A stretch of 13,576 bases of DNA, from the NCBI GenBank assembly GCA_051652765.1, contig JBOFUV010000083.1, positions 1 through 13,576 of the forward strand, read 5' to 3'. The notes below the pieces were generated by a model. The model did not search any database and was not told the DNA's origin. It worked only from the letters and a program-made list of their open reading frames with translations. The translations under genes and the position numbers were made by a program. Origin of the DNA: Microcoleaceae cyanobacterium. Its GTDB lineage: Bacteria > Cyanobacteriota > Cyanobacteriia > Cyanobacteriales > Microcoleaceae. Positions 1 to 6,914 of this stretch are shown here, in pieces (the first letter of the stretch is position 1; the number at the start of each line of letters is the position of its first letter).

Positions 1-879
1 TTTATCATCGGGTGCTGCACCCATAATGAAGTGGCGTAGTTCCTGTTCTTTGTTTTTATCTTTTTTAAGAATAGGTTTATTGTCTTGATTCTGCTGCTGG
101 GCTGTATCTTGCTCTGTTCTGAAAAGTTTCCGGAGGTCATACTTTAAGTTGAAAGTATCTTGCTCAGTAAAAGATTTGCTCGAATCCTGAAGCTGAATTT
201 TTGCCAGGAAGATATTTTGTAACGAGGGTAGATTTAGATCAGTGTTACTTCCGGTTGTGGTAACGAGCCAGTTATAGAGGGGTTGCGTATCAATACGACT
301 TCCCTCTACCTGAATCACACCAAAACCCATTTGAGGTCGCGCACCCAATGCCGAATAATCAGCCATAAACTGAATTAACCCACCAATAATTTCTGGATTA
401 AAGTCTGGGTGCAAGCTCTGAATCTGGATGGTAAAAGAACCAGATTTTGGTGGATTTTGGAAGTACCATGTTGGTGTTTTTTGTTTACCGTTGCTATCTG
501 TATAGGTGCGGTTTGCTTTCATCGGATGTTGGACTGAAGCATCAGATACTTGCATCTCCTGAACCTCCAGCCGAAACCGCCGTTTCCAACCTGTTGCGCC
601 AAAAATTTGGGAAACATCGCATAATCCAGCATTACGTAAGTATTGACGACGTTCAACTTCATCTTGCAACTCACGATATTTCTTAGGATCAAATTTCTTA
701 GGATCTAAACTGCTGCGCTCATCAGAGGTTGGATCGTTCACCTGACCTCCCATCCCCCGCACCAACACTTCCATCCACCAGCGCAAGCTACCGAGGATGC
801 CGGTTTCGTAGATGCGATCGCACTTACCCGCTTCCCCGCCAGTCCATAAAGGCGTTAATGTTTTGATGCTTACTTCCAT
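1..879 (-). CDS. cmr1: Type III-B CRISPR module RAMP protein Cmr1 (partial; 3' end runs off the left edge)
   Basis: Manual translation from ATG at 879 is open to base 1 (293 codons): MEVSIKTLTPLWTGGEAGKCDRIYETGILGSLRWWMEVLVRGMGG...LCDVSQIFGATGWKRRFRL...LGARPQMGFGVI...LRHFIMG. TLTPLWTGG, GxxGSLRWW, IFG and the Gly-rich loop are RAMP/Cmr1 hallmarks. Not in the ORF track. Confidence 0.9.
   Translation of the reverse strand, partial: MEVSIKTLTPLWTGGEAGKCDRIYETGILGSLRWWMEVLVRGMGGQVNDPTSDERSSLDPKKFDPKKYRELQDEVERRQYLRNAGLCDVSQIFGATGWKRRFRLEVQEMQVSDASVQHPMKANRTYTDSNGKQKTPTWYFQNPPKSGSFTIQIQSLHPDFNPEIIGGLIQFMADYSALGARPQMGFGVIQVEGSRIDTQPLYNWLVTTTGSNTDLNLPSLQNIFLAKIQLQDSSKSFTEQDTFNLKYDLRKLFRTEQDTAQQQNQDNKPILKKDKNKEQELRHFIMGAAPDDK
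678..707. repeat. 15-bp-period tandem duplication inside cmr1 (ATTTCTTAGGATC x2), encoding LDPKK-FDPKK
   Basis: ATTTCTTAGGATCAA (678-692) followed by ATTTCTTAGGATCTA (693-707); frame preserved. Confidence 0.85.
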
Positions 880-969
880 AATGGGTTTCAACCTAAAGCC
901 AACAGCTATACCAACTATTTTGTGCTTGAACCTGACTGGATGAGGAAAGTGACCGTAATCTTGGGTAGG

Positions 970-2010
970 CTATTGCTCTGGAGTGAGGAGCGATCGCAAG
1001 GTTTCCGCCATGGCCTCCGGGGTTGTGGTAGCTGTTCCAAACTGCCGCACCACTAAACTAGCTGCCAAATTTCCTAAAACGGCTGCTTCCCACAGGGATG
1101 CCCCAGAACACAACCCTAGGGTTAGGGCGGCAACGACCGTATCTCCTGCCCCTGTGACATCAAACACATCTGTCCGGTTGAAAGCCGGAATGTCCTGAGA
1201 GATTAGCCCAGCAGGCCCTGGTTCAAATAACGTCATCCCTTCTTCCCCCCGAGTGATTAGCATTGCTGAGGCTTGGGTCAGTTGGATTAAATCCTGTCCC
1301 GCTTGATTTAGAGTCTGTTCATCAGTAATGGCGTAACCAACGGCTTGTTCCGCTTCAGGAATATTCGGTGTGAACAGAGTTGCCTGCTGAAAACGGTGCA
1401 AATCTTTCTGAGTATCCACGATGGTGCGGGAATGCTGCAATGCCGCAGCAATCACGGGAGCCGTTAACACTCCATCCCCGTAGTCAGAACAGACCACGAT
1501 GTCAACCGTTGCCAACTGCTGCTGAATGTAGGCTGCCAATTGGATTTGCAACTCTAGGTCAGGCAAGTGATCTGATTTGCGGTCAATTCTGACAATTTGC
1601 TGGTTCACAGACTGGCGAGCATGGCCAGAAATTCGCGTTTTTGTCACCGTGGGACGACTGGAATCGATCAGAATTCCCTCGGTGTTAATGCCAGCATCCT
1701 CAAAGATATGCCGCAAGGTTAAGCCTTGGGCATCCTTGCCTAAAAATCCCGCAACCTTGACTTGGGCTCCTAACTGGGCCAAGTTGTAAACGGCGTTGGC
1801 TCCTCCTCCTGGAATTTGTCGAGTTATCTCATGGCGAAGAATCAGTACAGGCGCTTCTCGGGAAACCCGTTCGACCTGGCCCATAAGAAATTCGTCCAGG
1901 GTCAAATCACCTACGACCAAAACCCGAACTTGGTGGAACTGTTCTAGTCGTTGCAAAAGAGAATCTGCTGTCGCGTTCAGTTTTTCTAAAAACGATGCAT
2001 CAAGAGTCAT
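970..2010 (-). CDS. rfaE: PfkB-family sugar kinase, RfaE/HldE kinase domain only (heptose-7-phosphate kinase-like)
   Basis: VLVVGDLTLDEF...RVSREAPV, PGGGANA, TVTKTRI, SDYGDG, TPNIPEA, ITRGEEGM and DVTGAGDT motifs; no C-terminal adenylyltransferase domain. Confidence 0.88.
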   Translation of the reverse strand: MTLDASFLEKLNATADSLLQRLEQFHQVRVLVVGDLTLDEFLMGQVERVSREAPVLILRHEITRQIPGGGANAVYNLAQLGAQVKVAGFLGKDAQGLTLRHIFEDAGINTEGILIDSSRPTVTKTRISGHARQSVNQQIVRIDRKSDHLPDLELQIQLAAYIQQQLATVDIVVCSDYGDGVLTAPVIAAALQHSRTIVDTQKDLHRFQQATLFTPNIPEAEQAVGYAITDEQTLNQAGQDLIQLTQASAMLITRGEEGMTLFEPGPAGLISQDIPAFNRTDVFDVTGAGDTVVAALTLGLCSGASLWEAAVLGNLAASLVVRQFGTATTTPEAMAETLRSLLTPEQ

Positions 2011-2073
2011 GTCAACTATTCAGGGGCGCGTGACTGCAACGTTAATCGTAACATTTGCAATCTCTCAACCTCT

Positions 2074-2643
2074 CTATGCATCAGACTTTGCCTTCTTTAG
2101 AACAAAGGCTTTCAACTGAGCCATTTGTTTCTTCAGGGCGACAACTTCTGCCTGAAGCCTTGTGACCTTTTGTTCAAGGGCTTTCAGCTTAACCCCGTCT
2201 TCAGATGGTGCAACCGGAACGGGTTCGGCTCTGGCTGGAGCCACTGTAACAGGCGTTGGGCGGAGTTTACTAGCTTTGATAAAAGCAGACTTAATCGCAT
2301 CGAGCAGTTGCTTTTTCTCGAAGGGTTTTTCAATAAACTCAAAATACTCAAAGGGTTCTGAAATTTTTTCAGTTACCTCCTCTTTTCGCCCCGACATTAA
2401 CACCAGAGGAATTTTGCGTAAATCTTCCTGGGCTTGAATTTGCTGAAAGACATCCCAACCGCTCAGTTTTGGCAGGAGGAAATCCAACATAATCAAATTA
2501 GGCTGTTCTTGGCGCACTAAATCCAGTCCTTCTCGGCCATCTTTGGCTTCTAGGACTTCAAAGTTTCCAGGTGGGAGCATTTCCCGCACTCGCACCCGAA
2601 TAACCTTGCTATCATCAATAACTAAGATTTTTCGACCTGCCAC
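2074..2643 (-). CDS. Response regulator: receiver domain, Pro/Ala-rich linker and C-terminal coiled coil
   Basis: ILVIDDS, IMLDFLLP (phospho-acceptor Asp), LMSG and IEKPF are intact; heptad-like tail LKALEQKVTRLQAEVVALKKQM; GTG start with AGAGGAG Shine-Dalgarno just upstream. Confidence 0.92.
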   Translation of the reverse strand: MAGRKILVIDDSKVIRVRVREMLPPGNFEVLEAKDGREGLDLVRQEQPNLIMLDFLLPKLSGWDVFQQIQAQEDLRKIPLVLMSGRKEEVTEKISEPFEYFEFIEKPFEKKQLLDAIKSAFIKASKLRPTPVTVAPARAEPVPVAPSEDGVKLKALEQKVTRLQAEVVALKKQMAQLKAFVLKKAKSDA

Positions 2644-2866
2644 AACTAACTCCTCTACTCGTGAGAACAGGATATGAGTACGGTTCAGTTTAACCTACTA
2701 CCTTAACTTACCGCTAAAGCTTAGCTTAATTCCTTAGTTTAGACTAGTCTAGAGCGGTACAAAAGCGGTAAAGGTCAGTCGGTAAAATTTGGCTGAAGAT
2801 TTCCTGAAGTCTTGAATGGCACTGATCTTGAGCCTATATCCTTCGAAAATTTTATCTCTAAGTCCT

Positions 2867-3769
2867 ATGTCAACTCCCCGTCCATTCTCAACCGTTGAAC
2901 CGATGCCCAGTTGGTTGAAGCGTCCTATTGGCAAAGCCAGTGAACTGTCTGAAGTTCAACAAATTATTAAGCAACGTCAAATCCATACAATTTGTGAAGA
3001 AGGCCGCTGTCCGAATCGGGGAGAATGCTACAGTCAAAAAACGGCGACGTTTTTGTTGATGGGGCCAACCTGTACTCGTTCCTGTGGCTTTTGTCAGGTT
3101 GATAAAGGCCATGCGCCCATGGCTCTCGACCCAGAAGAACCGAAAAAAGTGGCTGAGGCTGTGGCAATTCTGGGACTACACTACGTTGTTCTAACGTCTG
3201 TTGCTCGAGATGATTTGTGGGATGGAGGAGCCGAATGGTTCGTGGCGACGATGAAGCAGATTCGCCAGCGGAGTCCCCAAGCCCAGATCGAAGTCCTCAC
3301 CGCAGATTTTTGGGGAGGACAGGGAGGAGGCAATCCAGCCGAACAGCAGTATCAAAGAATTGCTGCTGTTGTTCAGGCTCAACCTGCTTGTTACAACCAC
3401 AACGTGGAGACGGTGGAACGACTGCAAAATCCCGTGCGCCGGGGAGCCAAATATGAACGGTCTTTGGATGTCTTGCGGATTGTTAAAGCTCTAGATTCTG
3501 GCATTCCGACCAAATCGGGTTTAATGCTGGGCCATGGAGAAACAGAGGCTGAGATCTTGAAAACCCTGGAAGATTTGAGAACGGTCGGCTGCGATCGCGT
3601 TACTCTGGGTCAGTATATGCGCCCGTCCTTGGTGCATTTGCCTGTCCAAAAATATTGGACACCGGAGGAATTTGATCAACTCGGAACCGTAGCCCGTGCC
3701 ATGGGATTTGCCCATGTTCGTTCTGGGCCGCTGGTTCGCAGTTCGTATCACGCTGGAGAACAGGATTAG
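2867..3769 (+). CDS. lipA: Lipoyl synthase (radical SAM)
   Basis: [12 protein letters not shown] auxiliary-cluster motif, CTRSCGFC radical SAM motif, NHNVETV, C-terminal RSSY. Start more likely ATG 2867 (or 2903) than 2816. Confidence 0.96.
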   Translation: MSTPRPFSTVEPMPSWLKRPIGKASELSEVQQIIKQRQIHTICEEGRCPNRGECYSQKTATFLLMGPTCTRSCGFCQVDKGHAPMALDPEEPKKVAEAVAILGLHYVVLTSVARDDLWDGGAEWFVATMKQIRQRSPQAQIEVLTADFWGGQGGGNPAEQQYQRIAAVVQAQPACYNHNVETVERLQNPVRRGAKYERSLDVLRIVKALDSGIPTKSGLMLGHGETEAEILKTLEDLRTVGCDRVTLGQYMRPSLVHLPVQKYWTPEEFDQLGTVARAMGFAHVRSGPLVRSSYHAGEQD

Positions 3770-3776
3770 ATTAGCG

Positions 3777-5441
3777 ATGCCTCATCAACCCTGGTTGACC
3801 CTGGGCATGAGTACCCTTGTTGTGAGTACTGTAGCCTCCATAGCCTTTGTTTCTACTAAACCCGTTGCCGTGATCGCCGCAAGTACGGCAGGAGTTGCCG
3901 GGGGGATCTTGCTTTCTAACTTACCAGCGCTACCCCGCCAACTCTCCCACAGATCCGCGCAGAGATTTTCCAATTCAGAGTCTGATTTAGGGCCTAACTT
4001 AGGGTCTGAACAACCAGCCTGCTTGAATCAACCTACCGTTAGTGAATTAGCTAGATTTGAAGGCTTACTCGAGAAATACCATGAGGAGTTAGCGGCTTTA
4101 AAAACCAAAGTTCATCACCAACAAAGCCGTGAGACTGCAGCAGGAACAACAGCAATCTTCTATGATATTGAAAATCTGTTGAAGGGATATAGTTTTTCCT
4201 ATGAAGAAATTACAAATCTGTCCTTAAAAGACATTTTTAATGCCATTTATCAGACCGGCAAAGTGGGTCAAGTTGCGGTTCAAAAAGCCTATGCCAACTG
4301 GAGCGATTCTCGTTTAAGAGTGATGCGCGGAGAAATTAATGAGCTTGGAATTGAGCCGATTCAGGTGTTTGGATTCTCCTACGAACCCAAAAAAAATGCA
4401 GCCGATATTCAACTCGCAATTGATGCCATAGAGCTGACCTACCTCCGACCCTCGATTAATACATTCACCATTATTTCTGGAGATGGCGGGTTTTCTGCCC
4501 TAACCAATAAGCTGCATGAACACGGAAAGCAAGTGATTGGTTGTGCCTACAAAAATTCGGCTAGCAAAACGTTCCAGGCGGTCTGTGATGATTTTATCTG
4601 GATACTCGATCCCAACGAAGCAGGGCCAACAGATTCCTTAACTGGCTTAAACGTTGCAATTAGTAAGCCCATCAATAGCTTTGATCCCCGAAATGCTCAG
4701 TTGATCACTCAAATTAAAAAGACGACTTCTACTTCCCCCGAAGAAATTGAAGCAAAAACACACGAAATTCTGAATTGGTACGCTAAATCATGCCACTTTG
4801 ATTTGTCAACCTCCGGGATTTTTTTGTCGGTGGTTCAGCAAGCTGTGGGTTACCTGATTCCAGAGTTTCAATCGATTTACTGGGGCTTTGCTAAGTTTGT
4901 TGAATACATGCAATACATCTGCCAGGGATCTGAATTCCAGATTGCCCGGGTTCCCCCTTCAATGGTGATTCTAGCTCTCCGTTGTTCTCCTATGGCCCAT
5001 GCTGAGATTTTGCCAGATTTGGTGGCTCGAGACATTCACTCTGTCGATACCTATCGATCTCTACTGGGAGCAGGACGACCCATTTATCATCTCCCTCCCC
5101 CAGACCAGTTGGCTGCAATTATAAATTACCTGGTTGAACACCCTCTATCTCAAACTAATTTTGGGATTGCCGTTGAAAATCTGGCGATCGCTCTCATGGG
5201 TACTGTCCCAGCAGAAACAGTAGAGGCCGCCTTGCGTAGTTTTGCATCGGCGGGTATCCTCATTCGAGAACTAGAAGGGGTAAAGCTTGCTGAACAAAAG
5301 CTATCTCTTCAGGCCGATATTCGGTCTGCTTCAGAAATGATCAATCGGCTCAGAGATGCCGTGATCCAGAAACTAATGTCTACAGATCTCCCCAGAGTTG
5401 AAACAGAAGTCGTGCAGCAATTGTTACCAGAAGTCAGTTGA
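3777..5441 (+). CDS. NYN (LabA/DUF88, PIN-like) domain protein with N-terminal hydrophobic segments and a probable OST-HTH/LOTUS domain
   Basis: AIFYDIENL, AYANWS, KKNAADIQLAIDA, IISGDGGFSAL, GKQVIG, CDDFIWI. The later GIFLSVVQQAVGYLIPEFQSIYWGFAKFVEYMQ is LOTUS-like. ATG 3777 lies 7 bp after the lipA stop; the track's GTG 3696 overlaps lipA. Confidence 0.85.
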   Translation: MPHQPWLTLGMSTLVVSTVASIAFVSTKPVAVIAASTAGVAGGILLSNLPALPRQLSHRSAQRFSNSESDLGPNLGSEQPACLNQPTVSELARFEGLLEKYHEELAALKTKVHHQQSRETAAGTTAIFYDIENLLKGYSFSYEEITNLSLKDIFNAIYQTGKVGQVAVQKAYANWSDSRLRVMRGEINELGIEPIQVFGFSYEPKKNAADIQLAIDAIELTYLRPSINTFTIISGDGGFSALTNKLHEHGKQVIGCAYKNSASKTFQAVCDDFIWILDPNEAGPTDSLTGLNVAISKPINSFDPRNAQLITQIKKTTSTSPEEIEAKTHEILNWYAKSCHFDLSTSGIFLSVVQQAVGYLIPEFQSIYWGFAKFVEYMQYICQGSEFQIARVPPSMVILALRCSPMAHAEILPDLVARDIHSVDTYRSLLGAGRPIYHLPPPDQLAAIINYLVEHPLSQTNFGIAVENLAIALMGTVPAETVEAALRSFASAGILIRELEGVKLAEQKLSLQADIRSASEMINRLRDAVIQKLMSTDLPRVETEVVQQLLPEVS

Positions 5442-5471
5442 GCTTCAATCTCTAAGTCGGAGTTTAATCTA

Positions 5472-5520
5472 TGATATTATTGTCTCAAAATTTCAGAAAA
5501 CATTAAAAAAACTGAGGAGA
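5472..5520 (+). promoter_or_regulatory. Candidate psaX extended -10 element and ribosome-binding site
   Basis: TG-A-TATTAT at 5472-5480; GAGGAGA at 5514-5520, 3 nt before ATG 5524. Confidence 0.45.
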
Positions 5521-5523
5521 ACC

Positions 5524-5655
5524 ATGGCGACTAACACTCAATCTGAAAATACAGCAGGTGGAAAGTTTCCTTATCCCTACCGCTTATTCTGGGCAGTGGT
5601 CTTGCTAGGTGGAAACGTTTTGATTGCCTATATTTACTCCAGGGGTGTTCTGTAG
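5524..5655 (+). CDS. psaX: Photosystem I subunit PsaX (43 aa, single transmembrane helix)
   Basis: MATNTQSENTAGGKFPYPYRLFWAVVLLGGNVLIAYIYSRGVL fits the PsaX pattern K-x-x-Y-x-[FY]-R-x-x-W-A-x-x-L-L-x-x-N-x-L as I recall it; strong RBS. It is the C-terminal half of the track's 5398..5655 ORF. Confidence 0.82.
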   Translation: MATNTQSENTAGGKFPYPYRLFWAVVLLGGNVLIAYIYSRGVL

Positions 5656-5803
5656 TATTAAATAACCAACTTACTAATTGCACGTTCAATCAAATTTTCC
5701 TCGGTGAAGTGAGCAATCGTCATTCTTCTGCCGAGGATTTCTTTTAAGTTTTTCAATTTCTTCAATATCCTAGCTGGGGGTAGAGATTTTCTCCTTCCGC
5801 TGT

Positions 5804-6898
5804 TCATATTTTCTGCAAGAACTGAGCAACACTTTCCAGCCAAAGGGGTCGGTCAGTGGTAACTAATAAATCATGGCCTGCACTTGGGAAGACAACGAGT
5901 TGTTTGGAACTGGATAAATTCCGGAAAATTTCTTCAATTTCGGTGATTGAAGTCCACTTGTCCTGTTTTCCTTGCAAGATTAACGTTGGGCAATTTACCT
6001 GGCGGGCATCGGTTACAGGATTGTGGGCAAACCCATTGAATCCATGTTGCAATCCTCCCCAGAAAACCATCAGTTCTGCAACTAAAACGGTGGGTAAACC
6101 TTGCCCTCGTAAACGACTTCTGACCGCATCTAGTAACCGAGCAAAAGGTAGTTCTAAGATAATACCGTCAGGCATAATCGTGCCTTGGGCGATCGCCCTT
6201 AAAATTGCCGCAGTTCCCATCGAAACACCATAAAGGATGATAGGAGGTTGTAGGGTTGGCTGCAGGAAATTAACCACTTGAGCCACATCTTCCGCCTCCC
6301 GAACTCCGATGGTTGTCGTGTTGCCACTCGAACCCCCAACCCCGCGAAAGTCCACCAGCACTGTATCGTAGCCCAATTGATGAAACACTTGAGCTGGAGC
6401 TAGCAGTTGGCGACCTTTGCTGCCGCCGTTGCCCGGAAAGAGAATAATAGTTCCCTGAGCCGAAACAGAGGCCGAAATCGACCAGAGTTCGAGCCATTCT
6501 CCTGGGTGAACTGAAATTTTAGCAGTGGTATAGGCTAGTCCAATATCAGAGGGCTGCTTTAGGTTAGTAGGTCTAGGCAAGCCCAGTCCAGGATGTTCTG
6601 GTGTTGTAAAGTGGGTCAGGGCGTAGGCTCCACTATAGGCCAGAATATTCAGCAGTAGGAACAAGGCCCCTAGCCCAGTTAGAATAACTCGGCCTTTGGA
6701 CGGATGCCTGCTCAACCCTTGAATCCCAGCCAAGAGCAAACAGCTTAGCCCGCCCCCACCCAGCAAAGCCCCCATGGACTTCAGGGGCAACTGCCAAGCA
6801 TTTACAAGTCCAAGTTGGTGCAGTAAATATGATGTTAGAAGAAGTCCAACACATAAAAAAATTGCTAAAGTTCCAACTTGAACCAAACGCTTTTGCAA
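5804..6898 (-). CDS. Membrane-anchored alpha/beta hydrolase (about 3 N-terminal TM helices)
   Basis: DFRGVGGS, nucleophile elbow GVSMG, LILQGKQD (Asp) and AGHD (His); TTG start, exact start uncertain. Confidence 0.88.
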   Translation of the reverse strand: MQKRLVQVGTLAIFLCVGLLLTSYLLHQLGLVNAWQLPLKSMGALLGGGGLSCLLLAGIQGLSRHPSKGRVILTGLGALFLLLNILAYSGAYALTHFTTPEHPGLGLPRPTNLKQPSDIGLAYTTAKISVHPGEWLELWSISASVSAQGTIILFPGNGGSKGRQLLAPAQVFHQLGYDTVLVDFRGVGGSSGNTTTIGVREAEDVAQVVNFLQPTLQPPIILYGVSMGTAAILRAIAQGTIMPDGIILELPFARLLDAVRSRLRGQGLPTVLVAELMVFWGGLQHGFNGFAHNPVTDARQVNCPTLILQGKQDKWTSITEIEEIFRNLSSSKQLVVFPSAGHDLLVTTDRPLWLESVAQFLQKI

Positions 6899-6914
6899 GG
6901 TTAATTGTGCTTAA

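Noticed and set aside
447..686. 79-aa plus-strand ORF
   Set aside because: Antisense shadow of cmr1; no recognisable motifs.
983..2437. Plus-strand ORFs 983..1198, 1380..1592, 1577..1789, 1796..2119, 2125..2361, 2162..2437
   Set aside because: Antisense to rfaE and the response regulator; no family features.
3696..3776. GTG-start extension of the NYN gene overlapping lipA
   Set aside because: ATG 3777 just after the lipA stop is more parsimonious.
2749..3973. Minus-strand and alternate-frame ORFs over lipA and the NYN gene start
   Set aside because: Overlap well-supported genes; typical shadow ORFs.
5398..5523. N-terminal 42 aa of the 85-aa ORF (with a CxxC)
   Set aside because: Overlaps the NYN stop and the psaX promoter/RBS region; the real start is ATG 5524.
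6600..6898. Idea that the hydrolase TM region substitutes for MsrQ
   Set aside because: Only about three helices and no paired heme-ligating His pattern.
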